Source: Steroidobacteraceae bacterium (GTDB lineage Bacteria > Pseudomonadota > Gammaproteobacteria > Steroidobacterales > Steroidobacteraceae). Taken from it: a stretch of 46,628 nt of DNA. The stretch lies in assembly GCA_027456085.1 (NCBI GenBank), contig DAIDVO010000114.1, positions 1-46,628 on the forward strand, written 5' to 3'. The position numbers were made by a program, and so were the translations under genes. Below, piece by piece: positions 30,764-43,402 of this stretch; the first letter of the stretch is position 1, and each line of letters opens with the position of its first letter. A model generated the notes under the pieces. It saw only the letters and a list, made by a program, of their open reading frames with translations, did not search any database and was not told the DNA's origin.

Positions 30764-31297
30764 TCAATCGTCCACCAGGACTTGACCCGGAAACAGTGCG
30801 TCGTTGAAGCCGAATTGGGTGAGGTCCCGTATCCTTCGCGGATATAGAATCCCGTCCAGGTGGTCCACCTCGTGCTGCACGACGCGCGCGTGAAAATCGC
30901 CAACGATGCGGTCGATCGCCGCGCCGTCGGCGCCGATCCCGGTGTAGCGCAGCTGCCGATACCGGGGTACGAGGCCGCGCATGCCGGGCACCGAGAGGCA
31001 GCCTTCCCAACCGTCGACGAGTCCTTCGCCGAGCGGCGTGAGTTTGGGGTTGATCAGCACCGTGAAGGGGACGTCCTCGGCAGCGGGGTAGCGCGGATTT
31101 TGCTCGAAACCGAAGATCACGACGCGCAGGCCGACGCCAATTTGCGGCGCAGCGAGGCCCGCGCCGTTGAGATGTCGCATCGTGTCATGCATATCGGTCA
31201 GCAGGCGTTCGAGTTCCGGCGTGCCCGCGGCGTCGACCGGATCGGCAACCGCCAGCAGGCGCGGATCGCCCATTTTCAGAACTTCGCGTATCGCCAT
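30764..31297 (-). CDS. def: Peptide deformylase (stand-alone copy, no adjacent fmt)
   Basis: 177 aa. Motifs [18 protein letters not shown] and QHEVDHLDG. Confidence 0.93.
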   Translation of the reverse strand: MAIREVLKMGDPRLLAVADPVDAAGTPELERLLTDMHDTMRHLNGAGLAAPQIGVGLRVVIFGFEQNPRYPAAEDVPFTVLINPKLTPLGEGLVDGWEGCLSVPGMRGLVPRYRQLRYTGIGADGAAIDRIVGDFHARVVQHEVDHLDGILYPRRIRDLTQFGFNDALFPGQVLVDD

Positions 31298-31335
31298 GGT
31301 TACGAGTATCTTATCGGCCTTTTCGATGTGAGCCT

Positions 31336-32685
31336 ATGCCTGGACTTTTATACATAAAGACGTTCGGCTGCCAGATGAACGAGTACGACTCCGACAAGAT
31401 GCGGGACGTGCTCCGGTCGGTCGACGGCATGGCGCTCACCGATGATCCGGCGGCGGCCGACGTGCTGCTCGTCAATACGTGTTCGGTGCGCGAAAAAGCC
31501 CAGGAGAAGGTGTTTTCGCTGCTCGGCGAATGGCGCATGCTGAAGCAGCAGCGGCCCGAAGTGGTCATCGGCGTGGGGGGATGCGTCGCGCGCCAGGAGG
31601 GCGAGGGCATTACGGCGCGCGCACCGTTCGTCGATTTGGTGTTCGGCCCGCAGACGCTGCATCGCCTTCCGGAGATGATCCTCGGCCTGAAGCGGACCGG
31701 GCGCGCGCAAATCGACGTGAGCTTCCCCGAGATCGAGAAATTCGATCGGTTGCCGGAAGCGCGCGCCGAAGGTGCGACCGCGTTCGTGTCGATCATGGAA
31801 GGCTGCAGCAAATACTGCAGCTTTTGCGTCGTGCCGTATACGCGCGGCGAGGAAGTGAGCCGCCCGTTCGACCAGGTCATGACCGAGGTTGGGCAATTGG
31901 CGCGCCAAGGCGTTCTTGAAATCACGTTGCTCGGCCAGAACGTCAACGCCTATGCCGGGCCGATGGCGGACGGCACGCCGGCGGATCTTGCAACGCTGAT
32001 TCACTTCGTCGCGGCGCTCGACGGGGTCGAGCGCATCCGTTTCACGACGTCTCATCCGCTGGAGTTCGACGACAGCCTGGTCGAGGCCTACAAGAGCGTG
32101 CCGAAGCTGAACAATTACCTGCACCTGCCGGTGCAGAGCGGCTCGGACCGCATGCTCGCGGCGATGAAGCGCGGCCACACCGTCTTGGAATACAAGCAAA
32201 AATTGCGGAAAGTTCGGGCCGTGCGCCCCGACATCTGCATTTCCACGGACATCATCGTCGGTTTCCCCGGCGAGACGGACGCAGATTTCGAGGCGACGAT
32301 GGCTCTCGTCGCCGAAGCGGGGTTCGATAAGTCGTTCAGCTTTCTCTACAGTCGCAGGCCCGGTACGCCGGCCGCCGCGCTCGCCGATGAAGTGTCGTTG
32401 GAGGTCAAACAAACGCGCCTGTTTGCATTGCAGCAGCGCCTGAATGCGCAGGCGCGCGCGATATCTTTGCGCATGGTCGGCACGGTGCAGCGCGTGCTGG
32501 TCGAGCGGACGTCCAAGCGCGATCCAAACCAACTCGCCGGCCGCACCGACAACAACCGCTGGGTGAACTTCGACGGCCCTGCACACGGGCCGCAGGCACT
32601 GATCAATCGCTTCGTCGACGTGCGGATCACCGAAGCCATGCCGAATTCGCTGCGCGGACGGCTCGCCGAGGGCGCAAATTCGTGA
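31336..32685 (+). CDS. miaB: tRNA-2-methylthio-N6-dimethylallyladenosine synthase
   Basis: [18 protein letters not shown]..., radical-SAM [20 protein letters not shown]-terminus, 449 aa. Confidence 0.95.
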   Translation: MPGLLYIKTFGCQMNEYDSDKMRDVLRSVDGMALTDDPAAADVLLVNTCSVREKAQEKVFSLLGEWRMLKQQRPEVVIGVGGCVARQEGEGITARAPFVDLVFGPQTLHRLPEMILGLKRTGRAQIDVSFPEIEKFDRLPEARAEGATAFVSIMEGCSKYCSFCVVPYTRGEEVSRPFDQVMTEVGQLARQGVLEITLLGQNVNAYAGPMADGTPADLATLIHFVAALDGVERIRFTTSHPLEFDDSLVEAYKSVPKLNNYLHLPVQSGSDRMLAAMKRGHTVLEYKQKLRKVRAVRPDICISTDIIVGFPGETDADFEATMALVAEAGFDKSFSFLYSRRPGTPAAALADEVSLEVKQTRLFALQQRLNAQARAISLRMVGTVQRVLVERTSKRDPNQLAGRTDNNRWVNFDGPAHGPQALINRFVDVRITEAMPNSLRGRLAEGANS

Positions 32686-33665
32686 GCACGGCGCCCGCGG
32701 AATGCGAGTTCCTGCTCGAACCGGCGGATAACGTCCGCCTGGTCGAGCTTTGCGGCCCTCTCGACGCGCATTTGCGCACCATCGAGGCGCGGCTTGGCGT
32801 CGAAATACGGCGGCGCGGCAATCGATTTCAAATCGTCGGCGCGGCTAGCCCGGCAAAGCGCGCGGAATCCGTGCTGCAAAGCCTCTATGCGCGGGCACAG
32901 CGCGAACCGGTCGATCCCGAGCGGGTGCATTTCGCTCTGCAAGAACTGGACATGGAGCCGAGTGCGTCGGACATCGAGGCCAAGGGTGCGCCGGATGTGC
33001 TCAAGGTTCGCACCGCACGCGGCGCGGTGCGCGCGCGCGGCGCGAACCAGTTGGCATACCTCAACCACGTCCACACGCACGATCTGACGTTCGGTATCGG
33101 CCCTGCGGGCACCGGCAAGACCTATCTCGCGGTCGCTTGCGCGGTCGAGGCGCTGCAAGAGGAGCGGGTGCGGCGCATCGTGCTCGTTCGCCCCGCCGTC
33201 GAGGCCGGCGAACGTTTGGGGTTCCTGCCGGGCGACTTGTCGCAGAAAGTCGATCCGTACCTGCGCCCGATGTACGACGCGCTCTATGAAATGATGGGCT
33301 TTGAGCGCGTCGCCAAATTGATCGAGCGCAATGTCATCGAAGTCGCGCCGCTCGCGTTCATGCGCGGCCGTTCGTTGAGCGATTCGTTCATCATCCTGGA
33401 CGAGGCGCAGAATACGACCAATGAGCAGATGAAGATGTTCTTGACCCGCATCGGGTTCGGGTCGAAGGCCGTCGTCACCGGCGACATCACGCAAACCGAC
33501 TTGCCGACGATGAAGCAATCGGGTTTGCGCACCGTCATCGACATCCTGCGCGGGGTTCGCGGCATTGCATTCACGATGTTCAACTCGCGCGACGTCGTGC
33601 GCCATCCCTTGGTGCAGCGAATCGTCCAGGCGTACGAAGCCAATGCGCCCGATGCCGCGCCGTGA
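32682..33665 (+). CDS. ybeZ: PhoH-like ATPase
   Basis: Walker [13 protein letters not shown], ...ILDEAQNTT..., 327 aa. Overlaps the miaB stop. Confidence 0.92.
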   Translation: MSTAPAECEFLLEPADNVRLVELCGPLDAHLRTIEARLGVEIRRRGNRFQIVGAASPAKRAESVLQSLYARAQREPVDPERVHFALQELDMEPSASDIEAKGAPDVLKVRTARGAVRARGANQLAYLNHVHTHDLTFGIGPAGTGKTYLAVACAVEALQEERVRRIVLVRPAVEAGERLGFLPGDLSQKVDPYLRPMYDALYEMMGFERVAKLIERNVIEVAPLAFMRGRSLSDSFIILDEAQNTTNEQMKMFLTRIGFGSKAVVTGDITQTDLPTMKQSGLRTVIDILRGVRGIAFTMFNSRDVVRHPLVQRIVQAYEANAPDAAP

Positions 33666-34135
33666 GGCCGGGCGCGATGCCGCGGCTCGAACTTGACGCA
33701 CGCTACGCGGCGCGTCGCCACTGGGCGCCGCGGCGCGCCGATTTCGCCGTCTGGGCCGCCGCGGCGCTTACGCTCGCCGCCGCGCCCGGCTCCGTGGTAC
33801 TCGCCGTGCACGTGGTCGGCGAGGCACGCAGCCGGAGTTTGAACGAGCATTACCGCCGCAAACCGAAGCCGACGAACGTATTGTCGTTCGCAGGGCCGGG
33901 GATCGGCGCTGACGGCCGGAACTACATCGGAGAATTGGTCATTTGCGCGCCGCTCGTCGCCCGCGAGGCGCGCCGCGCCCGCATAGGCTTGCGCGCACAT
34001 TGGGCGCATTTGACGGTTCACGGGGTCTTGCACCTACGGGGATTCGATCATGAACGCGCCGCGGACGCGCGGAAAATGATCGCGAAGGAGATTCAAATCC
34101 TTGATCGTCTTGGCTTTTCCAGCCCATACGCCTGA
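33662..34135 (+). CDS. ybeY: Endoribonuclease YbeY (16S rRNA maturation)
   Basis: HGVLHLRGFDH zinc motif. The GTG overlaps the ybeZ TGA (GTGA). Confidence 0.9.
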   Translation: MRPGAMPRLELDARYAARRHWAPRRADFAVWAAAALTLAAAPGSVVLAVHVVGEARSRSLNEHYRRKPKPTNVLSFAGPGIGADGRNYIGELVICAPLVAREARRARIGLRAHWAHLTVHGVLHLRGFDHERAADARKMIAKEIQILDRLGFSSPYA

Positions 34136-34155
34136 TCGGGTATCCTTGGAGCGGC

Positions 34156-35025
34156 ATGTCCGACCCGACCCAAGGCGGCACCGGCCGCTGGCTAAAGCGA
34201 ATCACGAAGTCGATGTCCGGCGAGCCGCGAGATCTCGCCGCACTCATCGAAGATCTGCGCGACGCGAGCGAGCGCGGCTTTTTCGACGGCGATGCGCTCG
34301 TCATGCTCGAAGGCGTACTGTCGGTCGCGGACATGCAGGTCCGCGACATCATGGTGCCGCGCTCGCAGATCGTGTTCGTCGAGCGGGACGATCCGCCGGA
34401 CCGGTTGGTCGCGCACGTCGTGGAATCCGGCCATTCGCGCTTTCCCGTCATCGGTGAGGACCGCGACCAGATCCTCGGCATTTTGCTCGCCAAGGATCTG
34501 TTGCGGCTGCAAATGGCCCCGGACGAGCCGTTCGAAATTCGCGAGTTCATGCGGGCCGTCGTGTTCGTGCCGGAAAGCAAGCGGCTGAATGTGCTGTTGA
34601 AGGAGTTCCGCCGCAGCCACAACCACATCGCCATCGTCGTCGATGAATACGGCGGGGTCAGCGGTCTGGTGACGATTGAGGACGTCATCGAACAAATCAT
34701 CGGCGAGATCGACGATGAACACGACGTCGAGGATGATCAGTCGATTCGCAAGGAAGGCGGGCGGGAATACTCGGTGCGCGCACTGACGCCGATCTCGGAC
34801 TTCAACCGCTATTTCGGCACGGACTTCTCCGACGAGGAATACGACACGATCAGCGGTTTGCTGATGCATCAATTCGGCCGGCTGCCGCGCCGCGGAGAAA
34901 CCACTCGGATCGGCAAACTGGAATTTCGGATCGTGCGCGCCGATCGCAGGCGCATCGACATGCTGCGCGTGATCACGCCGGAGGATTTCGCGCTGCCCGC
35001 GGACGGCGGCGCACCGCCGCGCTGA
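34156..35025 (+). CDS. corC: CBS-pair/CorC_HlyC domain protein (magnesium/cobalt efflux-associated CorC/YbeX)
   Basis: 289 aa. ...VADMQVRDIMVPRSQIVF..., ...HIAIVVDEYGGVSGLVTIEDVIEQIIGEIDDEHD... Confidence 0.9.
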   Translation: MSDPTQGGTGRWLKRITKSMSGEPRDLAALIEDLRDASERGFFDGDALVMLEGVLSVADMQVRDIMVPRSQIVFVERDDPPDRLVAHVVESGHSRFPVIGEDRDQILGILLAKDLLRLQMAPDEPFEIREFMRAVVFVPESKRLNVLLKEFRRSHNHIAIVVDEYGGVSGLVTIEDVIEQIIGEIDDEHDVEDDQSIRKEGGREYSVRALTPISDFNRYFGTDFSDEEYDTISGLLMHQFGRLPRRGETTRIGKLEFRIVRADRRRIDMLRVITPEDFALPADGGAPPR

Positions 35026-37684
<2,659 letters not shown>

Positions 37685-37698
<14 letters not shown>

Positions 37699-38188
37699 CC
37701 GCACCGGGCTCGGCGCCGCGTTGCTCGCCGTTGCGGGCCTGGCGCTCGGCGCCTGCGGCTTTCATCTGGCGGGCAGCGCGCCCTTGCCCGCGGCATTGGC
37801 GCGGCCTTATCTGATCTTCACCGACCCGTACACGGATTTCGCGCGCGAATTCGAGCGCGAACTGAAGACCGCCGGAGCCGTGATCCAGCCCCAGCCCAAG
37901 GGCGCGACTGCGACGGTCGAAGTGTCGCGGGATGCGGTCGAACAGCGCGTCCTGTCCGTGTCCGCGCGCAATATTCCGACCGAATATCTGCTGATCTATA
38001 CCGTCACGTACGCCGTGCACGGGCCGGCCGGGGATTTGTTGGCGCCGCAAACGATCAGCCTCACCCAGGACTACAGCTTCTCGGAGCAGGCCGTGCTCGC
38101 CAAGGAGCACGAGGCGGACATGCTGCGCCAGCAAATGGCGCGCGATTTGGTCGCGATCGCAATTCGGCGGATCGTGAGCCTGAAATAG
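37685..38188 (+). CDS. lptE: LPS-assembly lipoprotein LptE
   Basis: Lipobox ...GLALGAC|GFHLAG (compare E. coli CGWHLR), 167 aa. Overlaps the leuS 3' end by 14 nt. Conserved leuS-lptE synteny. Confidence 0.85.
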
Positions 38189-38205
38189 GGCCGGGGGTCC
38201 TGGAG

Positions 38206-38691
38206 TTGAACGTGTTGCTCGTCAACGGCATCGATCGCGTCGCGCTCGGCCTCCTGTTGGACCGGTACGGATTGAGCATGGCTTTGGTGGCGCCCGAGGA
38301 GGTTATTCCGGGATCCTATTGGGGTGAGCGCGAAGCCGGCCTCATAGGCAGCAAAATTTACCTGCGGCTGGATACCCCGGTCCATTCGGTGCTGCACGAG
38401 GCGGCGCATTTCATCTGCATGTCCGCCGAGCGCCGTGCGGGTCTCGACACCGACGCGGGCGGCGAGCACGCGGAAGAGAACGGCGTGTGCTACCTGCAGA
38501 TCGTTCTCTCGGATTACCTGCCGAACGTAGGGCGCGAGCGCATGTTTCGCGACATGGACGCGTGGGGATACACCTTCCGGCTCGGCAGCGCGCGCGCATG
38601 GTTTCATGAGGATGCGGACGATGCGCGCCGCTGGCTTGCGCGGCATGGGATCGTCGATTCAGGCGACCGTCCGACCTATGCCAGCCGATGA
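38206..38691 (+). CDS. Hypothetical protein with an HExxH motif (putative small metallopeptidase-like)
   Basis: 161 aa, with no signal peptide or TM segment seen. ...PVHSVLHEAAHFICMS...GGEHAEENG... TTG at 38206 or GTG at 38212. Confidence 0.55.
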   Translation: MNVLLVNGIDRVALGLLLDRYGLSMALVAPEEVIPGSYWGEREAGLIGSKIYLRLDTPVHSVLHEAAHFICMSAERRAGLDTDAGGEHAEENGVCYLQIVLSDYLPNVGRERMFRDMDAWGYTFRLGSARAWFHEDADDARRWLARHGIVDSGDRPTYASR

Positions 38692-38699
38692 TCGTGAAG

Positions 38700-39833
38700 C
38701 TAGGCCGCGTTCGCAGCCGGCGCCGAACTCGCGGACGCAGGGGCCGCGACGGCCGTCGGGGTCGCGTAATAGCGGCCGAATCGATTCGCGAGGAACGGCT
38801 GCAGCGCGATCTCTTCCTGGCGGATCAATCCCGCTTGCCGCAATCGCCCGGTCGCGAGCATGTCGAGCACCGCGCAAATACCGGCCGCGGTCGTGATTTG
38901 AATCGCGCTGCGCACCCGGCCGCCCACGGGCGCGGAGTAGATCTTGTTCGCGTAGGTTTCCTGCATCAGTTGTCCGCCGCGCAAGCCGCTCACCGTCACG
39001 AACACGATGACGACGTCCTGCAGCGTGATCGGCACGGCGTTTTCCAGGATGTCCTTCAGTAGTTCACGTCGGTCGCGCAGCCGCAGGTCGTTCAACAGCG
39101 CTTTCATGATCGCCGCATGGCCGGGATAGCGGATCGTGCGGTAGTTGAGGTTGCGGACCTTGCCCTCGAGCGTCTCGCACAAGGTGCCGAGGCCTCCCGA
39201 GGTGTTGAACGCCTCGTAGAGCACGCCGTCGAGGGAAAATTCCTCCAATTCCTCGAGCGGCTGGGTGTCGCGCAGCTGGCCGTTGACGATCGCCTCGCAG
39301 GGTTCGCAATACTCGTTGATGACGCCGTCGGTGCTCCAGGTGAGATTGTAATTCAGCGCATTGGACGGAAATTTCGGCAGCGCGCCGACGCGCATGCGCA
39401 CGTCGTGCAGCTCGTCGAAGCGCGAGGCCAAATCGCTCGCAACGATCGTGATGAATCCGGGGGCGAGACCGCATTGCGGAATGAACGCCGTCTTCGCGCC
39501 GGCCGCAAGCTGCTTGACGGTGCGCGTACTCGCGACGTCTTCGGTCAAATCCAAATAGTGGGCGCCGGCCGCCTTGGCCGCTTCGGCGATCATGCGGGTC
39601 GCTTGATACGGTGCGGCGCTCAACACGGCGAATTGGCCGGTGAGAATGCGCCGCAGTCCGGCGGCATCCGCGATGTCCGCGGCGATCTTGCTCACGGGCT
39701 TTGTGGTTTCGAGCCGGTTCAGCTGTTCCGCGGAGCGGTCGAGGACCGTCACCTCATAATCGCCGCATCCCGCCAACAATTCGGCGATCATCGAGCCGAT
39801 TTTGCCCGCGCCGACGACAACTATCTTTTTCAT
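38700..39833 (-). CDS. Saccharopine dehydrogenase-family NAD(P)-dependent oxidoreductase
   Basis: Rossmann N-terminus MKKIVVVGAGKIGSMIAELL, 377 aa. The central and C-terminal parts resemble the saccharopine dehydrogenase fold. ORF trimmed to the ATG at 39833 (GGGGG SD). Confidence 0.75.
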   Translation of the reverse strand: MKKIVVVGAGKIGSMIAELLAGCGDYEVTVLDRSAEQLNRLETTKPVSKIAADIADAAGLRRILTGQFAVLSAAPYQATRMIAEAAKAAGAHYLDLTEDVASTRTVKQLAAGAKTAFIPQCGLAPGFITIVASDLASRFDELHDVRMRVGALPKFPSNALNYNLTWSTDGVINEYCEPCEAIVNGQLRDTQPLEELEEFSLDGVLYEAFNTSGGLGTLCETLEGKVRNLNYRTIRYPGHAAIMKALLNDLRLRDRRELLKDILENAVPITLQDVVIVFVTVSGLRGGQLMQETYANKIYSAPVGGRVRSAIQITTAAGICAVLDMLATGRLRQAGLIRQEEIALQPFLANRFGRYYATPTAVAAPASASSAPAANAA

Positions 39834-39937
39834 CGTGCCCCCGAAGGTTGATGCGCCATTTTTCGACAAAGCTACGGCAGATGGTATATCCGATTTGGTT
39901 GAAATGACGTAAATTGCTAGTCATTTCGACTATATGG

Positions 39938-40375
39938 ATGAACAAAATGCCGGATTCGATCGACGAGAAGCTTCTGGCGGCCTTACGCGAGAACGGCCGC
40001 GCCTCGACCGCCGAGTTGGCGCGTCTCGTCGGACGGTCCCGGACGAGCGTCCAAAGCCGCATACGGCGGCTCGAGCGCCAGGGCGTCATCTTGGGATACA
40101 CGGTGCGCCTCGCTCCCGCGCATGGTCCGGGCGCCGTGCGCGCGCACGTGATGATCAAAGTCGGGCCGAAGGAGGCGCGCGCCGTGACCGCGCAGCTGCG
40201 CGCCATTGCGCAGGTGCGGCTCCTGCACTCGGTAAGCGGCGATGCGGATCTCATCGCGGTGGCCGCCGCGGCGACGGTCGCGGAAATGGACGAGGTCATC
40301 GACCGCATCGGCGCGATAGCGGGCGTCGAGCGCACGACATCATCGATCATCCTGTCGACGAAGATCGATCGCTGA
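39938..40375 (+). CDS. Lrp/AsnC-family transcriptional regulator
   Basis: ...IDEKLLAALRENGRASTAELARLVGRSRTSVQSRIRRLERQGVILGYTVRL... HTH plus RAM domain. Divergent from the dehydrogenase gene. Start at 39938 or 39947. Confidence 0.88.
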   Translation: MNKMPDSIDEKLLAALRENGRASTAELARLVGRSRTSVQSRIRRLERQGVILGYTVRLAPAHGPGAVRAHVMIKVGPKEARAVTAQLRAIAQVRLLHSVSGDADLIAVAAAATVAEMDEVIDRIGAIAGVERTTSSIILSTKIDR

Positions 40376-40495
40376 GCCGCCATAGCGCCAGGCGATGCTC
40401 GACTGAAGTTTCGCCGACGCGCTCCCGATTGTAAGCCGTCTGCAATCCGGTTTTGCTAATCTCTCGCGTCAGCCAATCAACCTTCGGGTAGCTCC

Positions 40496-41632
40496 ATGAC
40501 GACATCGATTCGCATTGCCGCGCCCTTGCGCCTGTTGGCGCTCGCATGCTTGACGGCCGCCTGTTCGCTGCCCGCCGGCGCTAGCGCCGCCGCTCCGCGG
40601 ATCGGCCACGTTTTCTTGATCGTGCTCGAGAACCAGCCGTTTCACGCGACCTTCGGCCGCCCCTCGGCGGCGCCTTACCTCGCGCGGGTGCTGGCGCGCA
40701 AAGGCGCCTTGCTGACCCAGTACTACGGCATCGGCCATTACAGTTTGGATAACTACATCGCGATGATCAGCGGCCAGGCCCCGAATCCGGATACGCAGCA
40801 AGATTGTCCGATCTTTCGCGACTTCATTGCGAGCGGCGGCGTCGGCGCCGACGGGCAGCTTCCCGGGCAAGGCTGCGTCTATCCCGCTAGCGTGCCGACC
40901 ATCGTCGACCGGCTCGAGGCCAAGGGCCTGTCGTGGAAGGGATACATGGAAGACATGGGCCGGGACCCGCGGCGTGAGGCATCGACGTGCGGCCACGCGC
41001 CGCTCGGTGCAGAGGACAAGACCGAGCACGCGACCGCGGACGACCAATACGCGGCCAAGCATGACCCGTTCGTATATTTTCATTCGATCATCGATGATGC
41101 GCCGCGCTGTGGTGCGCACGTCGTGAATTTGGGCGCGTTGCCCGAGGATCTCGCCAGTGTCGCGACGACGCCGAATTTCGCGTTCATCACGCCGAATCTC
41201 TGCCACGACGGCCACGACGCGATTTGCGCGAACGGCGCGCGCGGCGGCCTGCCCGCGGTGGATGAATTTCTGAAGATCTGGGTGCCGCGCATACTTGCCT
41301 CGCCCGCATTCCGCAAAGACGGCCTGGTCGTGATCACCTTCGACGAGGGCCTGACGGCCGCGGCTTGCTGCGGTGAAAAAGCGCTGCCGAACGGCCCGGC
41401 GCCGGGTCAAACCGGGCCTGGCGGCGGGCGCGTCGGCGCCGTGCTGCTGTCGCCGTTCATTCGTGCGGGGACGGTATCGCACGCTGAATACAATCATTAC
41501 AGCTTGTTGCGCAGCATCGCCGGGTACTTTGGGCTCGAAGCGCCGGGAATGGCGGGAGTCGACGGCCTGAAGCCCTTCGGTGACGACGTCTTTGCGGGAC
41601 GCGGGCGAAACCGCACTGCGCCGGCGCGGTGA
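40496..41632 (+). CDS. Secreted phosphoesterase-family protein (acid phosphatase / phospholipase C-like)
   Basis: Signal peptide MTTSIRIAAPLRLLALACLTAACSLPAGASA. HVFLIVLENQPFHATFG resembles the phosphoesterase-family N-terminal motif. 378 aa. Confidence 0.7.
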   Translation: MTTSIRIAAPLRLLALACLTAACSLPAGASAAAPRIGHVFLIVLENQPFHATFGRPSAAPYLARVLARKGALLTQYYGIGHYSLDNYIAMISGQAPNPDTQQDCPIFRDFIASGGVGADGQLPGQGCVYPASVPTIVDRLEAKGLSWKGYMEDMGRDPRREASTCGHAPLGAEDKTEHATADDQYAAKHDPFVYFHSIIDDAPRCGAHVVNLGALPEDLASVATTPNFAFITPNLCHDGHDAICANGARGGLPAVDEFLKIWVPRILASPAFRKDGLVVITFDEGLTAAACCGEKALPNGPAPGQTGPGGGRVGAVLLSPFIRAGTVSHAEYNHYSLLRSIAGYFGLEAPGMAGVDGLKPFGDDVFAGRGRNRTAPAR

Positions 41633-41726
41633 GCGCGCCGCCAGGCGTTCGATCAATTGCCCGAAATGATCGCGCGGGACCGAAGCTTTGGCGATGCCGC
41701 AACGCGGCTGCTTGCAGATAAAATAC

Positions 41727-41762
41727 GGCGCGAATGTTTGTGCATTCGCGCCGTTGGATTTT
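41727..41762. terminator. Strong hairpin with T-runs on both sides (probable bidirectional terminator)
   Basis: GGCGCGAATG-TTTGTG-CATTCGCGCC, a perfect 10-bp stem, followed by GTTGGATTTTC on the plus strand and by GTATTTTATC on the minus strand. Confidence 0.6.
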
Positions 41763-41986
41763 CGCGCCGACGGGGGAGTTGGCTGGGTTGCCGGGGCGAA
41801 TGGATCCTAAACCCGTCGTCCCGGACCCGCCGAAGCCGTGGCTCCGGGACGGGAATCATCATGCCAAAAAGCGGCCCACGCGCGCGATACTCTTTCTCAC
41901 AGTCGATGAAATTTTTCTCAACGGCATCTCGATAACCACCCGGCAACGGCGTGCCCGGGTCCAAATATGGGAAGAATTCCGCCGGC

Positions 41987-43402
41987 TTAAGCAGGCTTCC
42001 GAGCGCTTTGGCCCGCACCCCGCCGCCGCCGGCGCACCGCCAAGTACGCAATGACCGCGACGGAAAGCGTAACGATGCTCGTGTAGAAGTCTTGCTTCAG
42101 CGCGGGCGTAAAGGCCATCGCAAGGAGCACGGCGCCCATCGCGAGAATCGCCGCGATGCTGACCCACGGGAACAGCCACATCAGGATCGCCGGCTTGGGC
42201 TCGCCGGCTCGCTCGCGCCGCAGACGCAGCCGGATCTGCGCGATGACGATCGCCATGTAGACATAGACGATCAGTGCGCCCGAAGAGCTGACGAGGAAAT
42301 CGAATACCGCTTGCGGCGTTTCGGTCGCCGCGACGATCCCGAGGAAACCGGCAGCCGCGCCGATCAAGACCGATCCGGTCGGCACGCGCCGTTCATTCAG
42401 GCGCACCAGAGCCTTCGGCGCATCGCCGCGCGCGGCCAGCACGAACAGCACGCGCGAACTCACGTAGAACGCGGAGTTCAAACACGACAGGACGGCCGTG
42501 AGGATGATCACGCTCATCACCGCGCCGGCCCAGGGCACCTGCATCGCAGTCAACGCGAGCGTGAACGGTGACTCGCCGGAGCGGACCAGATTCCACGGCA
42601 CGACGCTGACGATGAAGAACACCGAGCCGACATAGAAGATCAGGATTCGCCAAATGACCGTGGTGCTCATCTTCGCGACCGCGGGCCCGGGTTGCGCCGA
42701 TTCGGCGGCGGCGATCGTCGTGATCTCGGCGCCGGTCATCGCGAAGAATACCGTCGGCACCGCGGCGAGCACGGCGATCCAGCCGTGCGGCGTAAATCCG
42801 CCATGGTCGACGAGGTTGTGAAACGTCGACCCATGCGGCGAAGTCCAACCGAACGCGTAGGACGCGGCGATCGCGATGAACGAGATGATCGCGGCGACCT
42901 TGATCGACGCGAACCAGAATTCGAACTCCGCGTAAGAACGAGCCGACATCAGATTCACGCCGGTCATGACCGTCATCAATCCGACGCCGATCACGAGCGG
43001 CGGCAGCGGCAGCCAATGCTGCAGGATCTTCGCGCCCGCGATCGCTTCGACCGGCACGACCAGTACCCAGAAATACCAATAGAGCCAGCCGACGACGAAG
43101 CCCGCGCCGTCACCCAAGCCCGCGCGTGCGAATTCGGTGAACGAACGCACTTTTGGCAGCGCCGTGGCCATTTCGCCCAACATGCGCATGATCATCAATA
43201 TCAGCAGACCTGTGATTGCGTAGCTCAGGAAACTCGCGGGACCGCCGGCGATGATCGAGGTACTACTGCTGACGAACAGGCCGGCGCCGATGATCCCGCC
43301 GATCGAAATCATCGTCAGGTGGCGGCCTTTCAAGCTTCGGCTCAGGCCGTGTTCGGTCTCGGTCTCGGCCGCGGGCGCGGCTCCGGAATTCGTGGAAATC
43401 AT
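41987..43402 (-). CDS. Amino-acid permease (APC superfamily, AAT/GabP-like)
   Basis: 471 aa. ...LSRSLKGRHLTMISIGGIIGAGLFVSSS... N-terminal AAT signature, about 12 TM segments. Trimmed from the 859-aa ORF to the ATG at 43402. Confidence 0.88.
   Translation of the reverse strand: MISTNSGAAPAAETETEHGLSRSLKGRHLTMISIGGIIGAGLFVSSSTSIIAGGPASFLSYAITGLLILMIMRMLGEMATALPKVRSFTEFARAGLGDGAGFVVGWLYWYFWVLVVPVEAIAGAKILQHWLPLPPLVIGVGLMTVMTGVNLMSARSYAEFEFWFASIKVAAIISFIAIAASYAFGWTSPHGSTFHNLVDHGGFTPHGWIAVLAAVPTVFFAMTGAEITTIAAAESAQPGPAVAKMSTTVIWRILIFYVGSVFFIVSVVPWNLVRSGESPFTLALTAMQVPWAGAVMSVIILTAVLSCLNSAFYVSSRVLFVLAARGDAPKALVRLNERRVPTGSVLIGAAAGFLGIVAATETPQAVFDFLVSSSGALIVYVYMAIVIAQIRLRLRRERAGEPKPAILMWLFPWVSIAAILAMGAVLLAMAFTPALKQDFYTSIVTLSVAVIAYLAVRRRRRGAGQSARKPA

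Noticed and set aside
30097-30903. 5' extension of the uvrA ORF (the track gives 1227 aa)
   Set aside because: The UvrA homology starts at [14 protein letters not shown] (ATG at 30096). The upstream 269 codons are antisense to ssb and the intergenic region and are open only by chance.
41653-42051. 132-aa minus-strand ORF (and the 41734..42054 plus-strand ORF) as real genes
   Set aside because: The minus-strand ORF needs a TTG or GTG start inside the permease gene and reads through a 10-bp terminator-like hairpin. The plus-strand ORF starts inside that hairpin. Neither has a convincing SD or a recognisable domain, so this is kept only as a finding to test.
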